The notes under the pieces: model-generated
The model's database searches: none
Told to the model about the DNA's origin: nothing
Seen by the model: the letters and a program-made list of their open reading frames with translations, nothing else
Shown here: positions 48,093 through 60,008 of the stretch, in pieces
How the letters are laid out: each line of letters opens with the position of its first letter
How positions within the stretch are numbered: position 1 is the first letter of the stretch
Made by a program: the position numbers and the translations under genes
Assembly (NCBI GenBank): GCA_904063045.1
Contig: CAJFCJ010000029.1
Location: forward strand, 248,001-312,000
Origin: Dimorphilus gyrociliatus
Taxonomy: Eukaryota; Animalia; Annelida
DNA: 64,000 bases
Direction of reading: 5' to 3'

Positions 48093-49388
48093 CTAAGCTG
48101 GTTTGGGAGCCTCTTTTCCTTGTTTTTTCTCTACTAGTTGTAATGTTTCACCCATTATGTTACCTGTTGTCATCTCTGTTTGTACAACTGTTGAATCGTG
48201 AGTTGGTGGCTGTGTACTAGAAGATTTCTTCTCTGTTGTTGTCCGCCAAAACAGGAAAATACTCTCAAAGAATTGTCTGTTAGCATTGAACATTAGGACA
48301 ATGAAAGGATTCAGAGCAGAATTGGCTGGTGCCATTCCCCCAAGTATGGCAGCGGGAGCTTTAGAAAGGGAATTTCCATCGCCGAAGGTATGTATCATTT
48401 CGAAAATTGTATAAGGCATCCCACAAATTATATAAGTGGAAACAATTACTATCGCCATTTTCAAGGTTTTTATCTTTGCCTTCGACATTGTTGAAGAAGT
48501 TGTAGAAGTTAATTGAATTTTGTTCCTCTTCAATAATCTTCTGGATGAAGATGAAGATGACGAAGAGTGAGACACTGGCTTTTGGGTTTTTCTGTATATT
48601 TTTACAAAGATATGAACGTAGCAGACCAAAAGTATAATCATTGGCAGCCAATAGAAGCAGATGCAGTTAAAGGTCTGGTATATTTGCCTTTGAATCTTTG
48701 GAACACTTCGAAAGACGGATTCGCAAAGTGTCATATTTTCAAATTGCCCAGTAGTATTTGTGACGAAATTTACCCTGAAAACATAAAGTTGAGGCAGGTT
48801 TAGAAGTATAGAACTTGCCCATGCTCCAAAAACCAGCTTCCAAACCTGTTCATAAAACGAATATGCTAATTTAATCATACATGAGGCGTCACTATATATA
48901 AATTTTTTCGCCCATATAAATTACTTACGGCCACCGGTTGTCTGAGTGGCGAACAAATAGCATAGTGTCGATCGGCACTGAGAACGATTACCATATAGGA
49001 ACTAGCGACGATGAAAAGCGTCTGTAGGAATTTAAGGATTTTGCACATGACATTTCCGGCTCTCCATGTTCTGTCGTGATCAATAACTAATTGCATTAGG
49101 CAACTGTAGCAGATAACTGCCAAATCTGCTACGGCCACATTTAAGATTATCAAATTCACTCTAGATCTCCTGCGGCGATTCATCCACAACCAAAGAAAAA
49201 CCAACAGACCCCCAATAATTCCAACTATTATTAATACCCATAACACCGATATTCGCAGGGCCCAATTCCATTCGCTATCTAGCGAATTTTTAACTATAGA
49301 AAGAGAGAAATCTAATTAACTAACAGAATTTTTTATGCCGTTTTCAATTCGAACCTCTATCATCAGTTTTGTTAATAGAAGAAGTCAT
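48093..49388 (-). CDS. Class A neuropeptide GPCR of the vasopressin/GnRH/CCAP-NPS receptor superfamily
   Basis: complement(join(48093..48845,48929..49293,49355..49388)); introns of 83 and 61 bp; the first exon donor GTTCGA is weak. RRRSRVN..LNVAVADL, WRAGNVMCK, DRH, ICSPL, MSKAKIKTLKMAIVIV, NSALNPFI. Confidence 0.88.
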
Positions 49389-51037
49389 CTTTCTTAAATG
49401 ATATTATGAGAATTGGAAGACAATTTCTTCAAACACTTGACGTCTGTTTGCCGACGAGGAGAAAAGTAATTTGCACTATATGTTGCGTATAGGCCTGATT
49501 TTACGTCACGGTAACCCCGAATTTGCAGAGTGTTTCCGTTCTGCAACCAACGAGATTAGAAAGTGATAAGCGAAGGCGCCGTATTCGCAAATGTTTACGA
49601 ACTTTTATATGTTTATATATCGGATATATACAGTTAGAATAAAAAAAAATCTCTTAGACACCTCTTTCTTTATATTCTAATTTTGTAACAATTCATGCAA
49701 AAAGTATTTTGTTTAAAAGGATAACGCTCCTTTGCGTTGTAAAGGTAATAGTATTCTGCTTGGCATAGATGTGTGCGTCTATCAATAACTTTTCCAAATA
49801 TAAAATTACATGTTTGTAATATTTTTTTTAAACCTGAGGTCTTGGGCTAAAAGAAAGCTAATTTTTTTACTTGTTAATAATAATTTAAAAGAGAATGATT
49901 ACTTATTCTTCATAACGGAAATTTTCCTCTTTGAAAGCGACAAAAATCTCTCGTTTAAAGTAACTTTAATTATATAAATTTGTTGTTTAAATAAATAAAA
50001 TAAAACAGTTTCACATGTGTTTTAAATACAATTTAAGAACTTAAATATTAATAAACTTATTAAACAATGGTTTAACAACATCAAATATGTTTAGTGATTA
50101 CTCAATTTATCGTTTATTTATTTCAATTTATACTTATTATATGGAACGACAACAATGGAGTAATAATGTATCTGTATTAGATAAAAGATTACAAACAAAC
50201 TTACTAAAGTTTTTCGCACATGTTAAGTTTTAGTTTGTCTTCCTCCCTTGCCAACGTTTGAACTCACTTTCCCTAGTACTGTTCCACTATATAACAAACA
50301 TTGATAATTCACAATGGCGGATCTACGAACTATTAGCTACTTATAACAGTTGCCGGCCATTTTGAAAAAGAACGATAGTTGATGACAATCGTAACGTCGC
50401 TCTTCATTTCCAGTAGCTTAACGGCTCTGACGTCTCTGACTATTCGGTTCTAATGAACAGAGCAAAAGAAGAATCGCAAGTTTTCTATATAGCAAATATA
50501 GTCTTTTATTTACAAAAACTTTTGGCTACTATTCAATGAAATTGCATTATTCAACTTATAAAAGAACTTTTCCTTTCTCTTCCAAAAACATGTTATGCTA
50601 GTAACTTTATGTCCGTAGGGAGAAGAAATCAAGGGGAAAATAATTGCCTTAAGCGCCATCTGTTATCTATAAAGAAAAAAGTAAAGTGAAAGACAAGCTT
50701 TTTAGCTAATATATTTATTATTTTCAAGTACCTGTAGAGCAGTATAGAGTGGTAAATAAGTAAAATCTTAGCCGAGTAATAAACTAGGATGGAACCCATT
50801 AACAACAAGTCACGCTTAGCCTAATAGTATAACAAACAAGATCACGAAACCTGAAAGATATTAATATAAGAAAGAGGTAGGTGACAATCGATAGTCAGTT
50901 TAACAATAGCATAGCAAAGCATACTAAGCTCAATGGAATTTATAAATAGTATTGAAATCACCCAATAAACCGTACAGGTCGGTTTACGCCCAAAGTAAGA
51001 ATACATTCAGTTTAATAATATTTCTTCTCGAAAAAGG

Positions 51038-52556
51038 ATGGGTGTTAGCGTTTGTCTCGCTGTTTCGTGTTGTTTAAATATCGTGGCTCTAGTCTTGGTG
51101 GCCGTCTCATTTTCAACGGATGCTTGGTTAACTTATGACGTTGATACATCAAGTCTAAAGGATTCAAGGTGTGATCAACGACAACAGTCAGCAACATATT
51201 TATACGTTTCAAGAAAGAGAGGTCTCTTCCGAACATGTTTTGATGGCACGCCAAGTATACCTTAATTATTGACAATCATAAAGCTTTTTAACGACTCTCA
51301 ACATGTTTTCCTAACAAATTAACTGTTTATTATCTTTTCAAACAGACTTGGGTAAGTTCTTTTCTATTAAAAGAATTGTGGATGGAAACTGTCTTCCTGA
51401 GATGGGATACGATATTGGAGATTATAAATTTAATGACTCTGAAATAGCTGGCTATGGAAAAGATAACATTAAAAAAAGGACGAGTAAGCTTTCATATTCA
51501 TTCACAATGCGTTTATATATTTTCCATCTAATTATCTGTCCATTTTCCGTCGTATAGACTATCAAAAGGCTCAATGGATGTTAGCAGCATTAGGTGTTCT
51601 AATACTTCTAGTAGCAGCGAGTTTATGTCCGTGTGCATGTTGGCGACAAACACATTGTACTATCCTCTCAACAGCCATTGCTGCTCTAATCGGTTGTAAG
51701 TATATGAATCCTCTATTTGATACTTGTAACCACTGGTATCCCCTTCAATAGTACATTGGGATACCTCTTATTATTGGGACTTAATAAAAGGTATCTTGAT
51801 TGAGTTCTAGGGTGTATCAACTGAATCAATAGTACTATATAAAGAATTCGCTTATATATATGTTAGAATAGATGTCTCTTTAAGCCAATCGAATTGACTT
51901 TTGAATTCCCTAAAACATGATTCAATTTTGTAGCTGCTTGCTATCTGACGTCAGTTGGTTTATTTTTTTACATTTATAACACTATCGAGAAGGACATAAA
52001 TGAAATAAACGTGGATAAAAGAGTTCCTGAATGGTTTCCAGAAATGTGGGCTAATGATAACAGTGCAGAAGCAAAGGTATACACAAAATTCATATATATA
52101 TATATATACTAATATATGCATGTATAAGTATAGTATAAGAGAAATAAACATACGAAAATCATATTTCAGTGTCTAGGTGATGCAAATGGATACAATAAAG
52201 ATGTTACAAATATTAAACTTGGCTACTCTTTCATGATTGGAGCAGCAGGAGGTGGCCTTGCTTTCATTTCTTGTCTTGTCGCATTCTTAACGGCATTGTG
52301 TATGAAACCTTCAAGAAGTGAAGATTATGAAGAAGACGTGAAGAAAGAACCACAAACTAATGGCACTTCCCAAACACTTCCTCAAAAAACTCAACCTATG
52401 GCTGTTCCGGCAAACCAAGCTCTCATACAACCAACAACTTTCGTACCACAACCAATGTACGCTACAGCCACTCTTCCAGCACAGGCTTTTCATGCTCAAC
52501 CAGCACAAGCTGTACAATTACATCCCAGCAGTTATTTTACTAACGTGTATAATTAA
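51038..52556 (+). CDS. Claudin/PMP22-superfamily four-TM protein with Gln/Pro/Ala-rich C-terminal tail
   Basis: join(51038..51254,51346..51483,51558..51695,51934..52076,52170..52556), all GT-AG and in phase. TM1 followed by STDAW, RGLFRTCF (W-GLW-C-like), second Cys in GNCLP, LGYSFMIG before TM4. Confidence 0.85.
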
Positions 52557-53969
52557 TGCTAAAATATTATTTAATAACTTAAGCAGATTGTTTCAAAAGT
52601 TAGTTAATAAGAATCAATGTAATCTTGTTTGTTACACTTGTATGTAACATCAACTTTGTTCTACAAGACACATATCGAGTGAAATGTGTATTTTTTCCTT
52701 AAGCAAACTTCTTTAATGTTTTTATACGAAATTTTTTCTAGGTACCTATCTTTAATACACGTGAAAAGGTTGCTTTTCTTTTTAAACAGCGCCATCTGAA
52801 GAAGAGCATTTTCATTAACTAATGTGGCGCGCATTTATATGCAACGCACAATTGACGCGAGAAATTCGAGTAGTCATTGGCAAATTACAAACTCTCTTCT
52901 CTAGTATAAAACCACCGGGTATTGTGGAATAAGTCCCAACAAAAGAAACGGAAAGTGACAAGACTATGTATCAATATAGCCAAGACGGTTGGTCGAAATC
53001 TCCATAGGGAAACGGGACATTGACGGCTTTTCACCCTTAACAGGGTTTCCATATTTGAGCAGTTGCGAATCGATTGTTTGCCGGACAGGATATATACCGG
53101 TCTGGAATAAACAAATAAAGTTGGAAAAAAGAATAGGCCTGTCCCGCGCGTATATAGACAGATTGCCTCTCAATCGACGCCTGATTGCGAACGGTTCGAC
53201 TAGACGGTCGGATAATTAACGTCGAAGGAGACGCCGCCGTATTTTTATAGACGCGAAAGCGTTCGCCTGGAAAACTAGCCGGCGAACGCTGTTTTTTTTC
53301 TCCATTCGATAGGAAGATCGCAACGGAAACGGGAACAATGCAGTGAACAAGGCTAATGGATTCCTTTGAGAGAAAAGAGACGCAAAGTCGCCTTCGAACT
53401 ATAATAAACTGTATATACGGTAGTTTGTATATACTTTTTTTTGTACTGTACGTCATACCCCTATACATATAACGTATATATTACGTTTCACCGTCCAAGT
53501 GACGAACTTTACACGCAAAAGATATACGATCTGCAAAGCTGGATTATAGGCGTCTTTCCTATATAAAGACAGACATTAAAACGAATACAGATGGGAGTGA
53601 AGCTAGAACAGGGTTTATTATCCGTTTCCGAACCACCTTTCGGCGAGTCCGACAGTGATAAATGAGCGTTAGTAGACTTAATTGATTCTTTTACTGCAGA
53701 ATGATTCGCCTATCGCCTCATTCCAGTCTCGTTCCGCTTGATCTGGAAAAAAGCGCGAGGTTAGCGCACGCCATATGGCGTTTATCAAACTAATCAATTA
53801 TACTCTCTCCGAATTTACTAATGTTGCGTAAGCGAAGACGCAGACCAATATACCTGCCTGCACTTTATAATTGAATCGTAAGAAACGTCGCTATAGAGGT
53901 ACAGTTTATAATGCGTTTGATCCGTACCTAACTCCTTCCGACGCCGTATTTGCAGTCGGATCCTTTGAA

Positions 53970-54128
53970 GAAATCGTATTAGATGTTCTCTTTTGCATGT
54001 GAAGTTAGGAAAATCGCCGGACCACAAATCACGTGATTCGCGTCGGAAATATCACGGCATCACGTGACTCGCGTGATTTGCGGTCCGGACGAAATTCGAG
54101 TACCTAAAAGAGGCTAATCAACGATTTC
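53970..54128. repeat. Long imperfect inverted repeat / hairpin
   Basis: Core arms 54017-54043 and 54062-54088 (27 nt, 4 differences) around an 18-nt loop. Outer imperfect arms GAAATCGTATTAG (53970-53982) and CTAATCAACGATTTC (54114-54128). Confidence 0.8.
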
Positions 54129-54495
54129 ATAGCGAAAATAAATGTTAACAGACACCACTTCTTTCTCAACTATATATACAGCAAGCGCTGCAATTAGAAG
54201 CCAAGCGACGCGTATGATCGATTGGCAAACAATCGCAAACATGCCCCATGATTCGAGTGCTAATCACAGAACTCTCTCTCGACCTAATTCCTTTTAATGT
54301 CCTGAATTATTTACGCAGATTTCACCTGCCCGATTTTCGACGACACTCCAGCTATAAAGTACATGCTAGCCTGACGTACGAGAGTATTAGAGCGAGCGTC
54401 ACTTAGTAACGCTTTTGCGTTTGGCGGACGTCACAGGCACAAGGCGGCTTATGACGACTAATTTAATATTTTTTCATACTTACTCCGACGATTCT

Positions 54496-55965
54496 TTATA
54501 ATAGAGTTTGATTCGGGCCGTCGCATTCCATCTGACCGGCGGTCGTTTTTTCGACAACAGTCCCTTGGCAGGCTGTCTCTTCCATACCACCATTCTGTAG
54601 TCGGTTACAAACGCATTTTAGAAGAATCTTGCGGAAACGGACGTTGAAAAGGAAGTAGACTAGGAAATTAATGGACGAATTCAACATGACCATTGTGTTA
54701 CAGATACGAGAGAAGTAGAACTGAAAATAACCGCATTCGCGCCATTTGTTGTCTCTGAGAGACGTCCATAGTATTTGATTGACGAGTGCTGGAGTTTGGC
54801 AAATCGTGAAAATGAATACGACTATGATGAGTACCAAGGTTACGTTATCGTCTTGTTTTTGTCGCATCGTCACCATTTCTCGGCGCCGTCGCCTTAATTC
54901 ATTTAAAGCATTAACCAAGCGGATGTTAAGTACGGTCAGGACTAGTACCGGGAGGAGGAGAAGAAAAAACAAATAGAATACGTTCCTATAGATAATCTGG
55001 TAATAGGGTAGTTGGCCCAGGAATGACTTGTTTGCTTGAAATGCAGTTATGTTGGAACTGTCCACTGGTCCTAGTACGACGGTATTCTCGATGAAGTGAG
55101 GGAAGTTGTATAGAACCGAACAGATAATAATTAGCGCCAGTTGCTTCTTTGCCTGCTTAACCGTACAGAGGCGAGATGCCTGAGGGTGTCGGGGGCGTGA
55201 TTCGGAATCATTCCCTTTTTCCCACTCTTTTTTTATTGATATAAAATTTTCTTTTCGCCTCAAGATAAAGAGGCTTTATATAATTGAAAGAGATTTTTTT
55301 TAATAAACTACATACACACACGCTAATCTACGCCAAAATGGAAAATGAAATACTCTAATTGGTTCAAAGTTCAGACCTCTTATTGATTTCGCGTGCAGCA
55401 ATCACGTAACACTCGTTAGAAGGTTCTTCTAAAAGACAAGCCTGGTATTATATAATATTGCACATAAAGGGAATGAGTTTTTCCCCATTCTCTTTAATAA
55501 TTAACGAAGCGACCATTAAAAGAAAGTTGATATGAAATCTGAATCACGCCCCTGGTAAGGTCTACAGACGGCAATATATCGGTTCACTCCTACTAAAACG
55601 GTCGTCCAGATAGTTGCAGTCTGAGCGATGAATCCGAACGGTAGAAGGGAGACTTGGATGTAGGCATGACAATAATTTACATAAAATTTATTCAATTTAA
55701 GATAAGCGATAAGCGGCAAAACGGTGTAAAGAGGCAAGCCGAGGATTAAAAGGCAAGAGTCAATCACTGCCAAACCTTGCAATATGAACGTCGTTGACGT
55801 CTTGATCTTGTCACGTTTAAAAACGTAGTAGGCGACCGTATTACCGAATACGCCCAGGATGCATAAAGAACTCATAATTATCGTGTAGAGGATGAATTCG
55901 AAACGGGTACAACTATCTATCCTTAAATTCCGCTCTTGTTCCGATTCCGTTCCGTTCGCCCCCAT
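54496..55965 (-). CDS. FMRFamide-receptor-like class A peptide GPCR (365 aa, two coding exons)
   Basis: complement(join(54496..55179,55552..55965)). MGANGT start, GVFGN, LAVID, VNRYIAVCRPYQ|ASRLCTVKQAK, YNFPHF, FTICQTP, NSSINFLVY. The homology-implied junction is non-canonical (GG..AG); see findings. Confidence 0.85.
55192..55552. repeat. 12-bp perfect inverted repeat bracketing the GPCR intron (possible MITE/introner-like remnant)
   Basis: ggggcgtgattc at 55192-55203 and gaatcacgcccc at 55541-55552. Confidence 0.75.
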
Positions 55966-57467
55966 CGCCGCTCGTCTTTTCCTTCTTGGCGATCGACAGT
56001 AGCGCCCTCGATAGTTGCTGGGAAAAACAATACCGTTCAAAAACCCTAGTCTCAAATCGATATTCGATTTTTCGGGCGTTCTGGGGCCTTGAGGATAAAC
56101 AAGACTGACACGCAGCAGAATCTCGGGCATTAGGGCCGTTTTCACTAATGGAGCACGTCAAACAAGATCTTCGCAAGGTAGAAGAAGAGAAGGGTTTTAC
56201 AGAAACAGGGAGATGGTCGATGGGATAGTTTTAATAGTTTTCTTCAAGAATTTTAACATCCCTTTGGTCTAGGATAATTCTTTTTTTATGTCCTATTCCC
56301 TTTCGTTCTCTCACACACTCTCTTTCTTTCACTCTCTCTCTCTTTCGTTTAATTAGAAACGAGCTCCCAGTAATTAACCAACTCATTTCTTCCGCATTGA
56401 ACTTGGTGGGCTTTGATCATTCGCCGCGTTCGTGATTTTCGAATTTCCCTGTCACCCATAATACATTCATCGAGTCGACGAACGTGCCATAAATTCCATT
56501 AATATCGCTTAAAAAGCTAGAAGCTGTTAGAGTAGAAGATAAGGTGTTATAGAAAAAAAAGTAACGCGAAAGAACAGATTTTGTTCCCTTCAATTCCAAC
56601 CTGGTACAAACTAACTCGATCGATGTAAGAGAAAATTCGAATTCGAAAAGGGGCTTTGGGACGTCGGCTGCTTTCCGAGGGGAACTGCCCAGCATGTATT
56701 ATGTATAGAACGATTTTGGTTTTGTTTTCGGAAATTAACGAAGGGAAAAATAATGACTGTATTATGTGTTGAATTGATTATGAATAACGCGTAAATATTA
56801 CCTTTTTTCTTATGTCTATTTTGCTAAAAGTTTGCTAACCTTGTTCTCATTGATCAACTTTCTAGTACTTTTCGCGTCACTTTTAGTGTAAATTACAAAG
56901 TTGACACGTAAAAGGTACATATTACTTAGGAGAAAGTGTAGGAAAAGACACGTTTGTTAGCAAGCAGCAATTTCCAGAGTAAATTGCTGCGTAGTTTTGC
57001 GACCGGTAGATGGCGTAAAGAAAATTCTCCCAAAAAAATCGTAGCTAACGTCATCTGATTTGTCTAAAATCTATCCCCCATTAATTAACACGCAACAAAT
57101 AGGGTAATAAAGCTGAGAATACAATATAAATTAGATAGAAAAGAAAAACTAATGGATCAATTTAACTTTATTTTCTAAATTCATTCAATAAATGACTACG
57201 AGTCGTACTCTAGACTTCTACTGATCCGGAAGCTTTGTTATTGAACGAAACATTTGATAATTGGCTCTTCGTAATTGGCAAGCATTCGATTTTTCTTTCT
57301 TTTTTCGCATTAATTTAACGATTTTGAAACATGTCGCGTCGTAAATAGTTGTTAATGGAACTTTCGATTTATTGTACAAGTCCACTAAAGGCCACTTCTA
57401 TATATATCAATTTAGATGAAAAGGTGAAAATTAAAAGAGAAGGTGACAAAAATTAAGAAAAAATATT

Positions 57468-57561
57468 CGACCTTGATGGGACTCGAACCCACAATCTTTG
57501 GCTCGCACCTCAAAGCAGCCTTTACCGGAGGCCAACGCCTTGTCCATTAGGCCACAAGGTC
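57468..57561 (-). tRNA. tRNA-Arg(CCG): tRNA-Arg(CCG) with a 21-nt intron at canonical position 37/38
   Basis: Reverse complement: GACCTTG TG GCCT AATGGACA AGGC G TTGGC CT CCG G [TAAAGGCTGCTTTGAGGTGCG] A GCCAA AGATT GTGGG TTCGAGT CCCAT CAAGGTC G. Full cloverleaf, 73 nt mature, A and B boxes, T6 Pol III terminator just downstream. Intron 57504-57524. Confidence 0.95.
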
Positions 57562-59240
57562 GTTTATCGAGGGAGGGTTTTTAGAAGGCTTTATCAATAT
57601 TTGCTTGTGCATTCATACCGTTTGAACGCACTTCACGGTCTTTCCCCTCAACCATTGTAAAAGTCAACCGAAGAATAGCGTGAATTGCAAGGCGGCAACT
57701 CCCTTAATGTTACTGCATTTTAACGTAACAAAAGAAAAAAGTTCCAAGCCGTAATGTTTTTACTTTGTTAATTTGTAGGCACGTTTGCGTTTCTATGGTA
57801 ACTGTAAATAAAATTCTTAGAGCTCTTTTGGAGATATTTAGACGGTTATATAAGCTCTCCTACAGACTATAGAAAATGTTGAATTTATGAGACTCATCCT
57901 CTCAATATGTATCATATTTTACGTCAAGATCTCGTTAGATGCGTTTCTTCTATTTCATTTAAAACAGAATCTATGATTAAAATTGAGCTGATTAAGCTGT
58001 CCCTAAGCCGGATATTTATTGTTGTGTTTAGAGTGCCATCTACAGACTACGACGAAAACTACACATGCATAACGTTCCTAATATGATATATGAGAAGATG
58101 GAAGAGACGTTTTTATTTACTTACATCCTCAACTTAAGATCACACATTGGAAAGTTGATTTTATTGAACACGTCAATTTATACAATGTTTACACAACACA
58201 TATAAGAATGATGAATAATACATATATATATATATATAAATATATATATATACGTATGTATTTATCCAATAATATCCTATAAACATTTACTATATAATAA
58301 GACGTTTAAAGATAAAAAATATCTTAGATAATCAATAAACTAATAGCAATTAGAAATAAGAAGTACGAAACAAATTATAGTAAATTTTCAGTTTGTTTTA
58401 TTAATTATTTAAGCAGATGAAAAATGTTGATTCTTAAAGATTAAATTCGTGGAAAAACCATCTTTTTTTTGCAGTAGAATAACCATACGCTACTTTCATA
58501 GAATCCATCTATGTAACATTATTTCCGTACCATATGTTCTAATTTAATGATTTTAATCCTGAGATATTTTTATCTTAAATGACATCAAACTTGTTTATTC
58601 TGATGCGGATCGATAAATTTCTTACTTTAGTTCTCTGGATTAAATTAAATAGGCGGGAAATTATTTAAAATACCTTTGTATAATTAAGATAAACAGGCTG
58701 CTAATTATTTCTTTTTGTCCGATATCTAAGTACGTATTCTTCTAGCAAAATGTTTCTTGTAACACTATTTCATCAGCTAATAAATCAAAGGATAAAAGCC
58801 TATTGTAGTAGCTATAAACTAATGTACAGGAGTCTATAGATTTTTATATAACCTGCTTGTGAATACTTCTCACCTGCTTTTACGGATGATTTACGTAAAC
58901 AATCTTATGAAAACAAATTATATAACCTATAATGCTTTCAAAAAACATACATGAAAGGGATACGCATACACACGCCCGCTCAATATGGAGACGCCCTTAA
59001 AACGGTAGTCTCTAATAAAGTTAGCAAGACATTAGATAAGCTTTGTTCTTTTAAAGAGGGAAAAACGTGTGAGAATACACACATGGTTTACGCCAGCTTC
59101 TTAAATTTCAACTTAATAAACGAAATTGAATAATCACGACTAGAAAATTATCGGAGAAGATGCTAGCGATATGAACTGGTCGTCATGCAATATAAACTGA
59201 CGCGCCGGACACAATGGCGCCTGAGTAGGCGTTACTGCTC

Positions 59241-59441
59241 TCACCGTATTTTTCCACGGTTCGTTTCATTAAAGAAACCTTTCATTCTATGGTAGCCAGG
59301 AGCTGTTAAAAATGGATGAGACGGAGGTGGAGGCGGAGGAGGAGGAGGGCAAAGTTCAAAGTGGAAATGAGGAGTTTGTTGAAGACTTGATACGGTAGGA
59401 GGACGAACGGCTTCGAAGAAACTGTATTGTCTTCTTCGTAA
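59241..59441 (-). CDS. CBFB: Candidate alternative terminal exon of CBF-beta (66 aa, Pro9 tract)
   Basis: Strong acceptor TTTTTTTTTAACAG at 59442, phase 0. It is matched by an in-frame GTAAGT donor at 60143 inside CBF-beta exon 3, and the frame is open for 66 codons. Confidence 0.55.
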   Translation of the reverse strand, partial: LRRRQYSFFEAVRPPTVSSLQQTPHFHFELCPPPPPPPPPSHPFLTAPGYHRMKGFFNETNRGKIR

Positions 59442-60008
59442 CTGTTAAAAAAAAATATAATGTATATATATTATGAAAAGAATTAACTTAATTTATATTC
59501 TTTCTCGAATAAGTGTCAGATAATTAATATTAGAAAAATCATTAAATAATCCAGAAGCATCTTTCATCACGTCTACAATATTATCTGGGCCTCTTGGCAG
59601 CTGAATGACAAAGAACGATGCTATTCAAACCCGCCCACTCGTCGCCCCCACCATCTCCCACCCTACGCCTACGCGGCACGTGCTAGCCGATTGCGCAGTC
59701 TAATTGAACAAACTCTTGAAAGTACATTACATCTGAGAAAAAGACGTCAGATTAATTTCTCACGTGCACCCGACTGCAACGTCAAGTGAAGTGCAATCAT
59801 TTCATTTTAGATGGCAATCATCTCGTGTTTGCACTTCTAATTAGGCGTCTCCCGAAAACTGAAATTTCCGACCCGCTCAGGATAACCTAAGGATAAACCG
59901 TCTTGTCTTTTATCTGGTCAATACCATCTTGGAACATGTTGCGCAGGGTTAGAGTTCATGCATTTAAACGGTCATTCCGCTGTCGTGCCACCCGGCATTG
60001 ATACGCAT

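Noticed and set aside
52966-53007. 13-aa sORF MYQYSQDGWSKSP after a TATA box, considered as a tarsal-less/pri-type polycistronic peptide
   Set aside because: No LDPTGxY motif and no repeated related sORFs.
56146-56695. N-terminal extension of ORF 55516-56145 and upstream ORF 56417-56695
   Set aside because: Non-ATG starts; the GPCR begins plausibly at MGANGT (55965). The upstream sequence looks like UTR or promoter.
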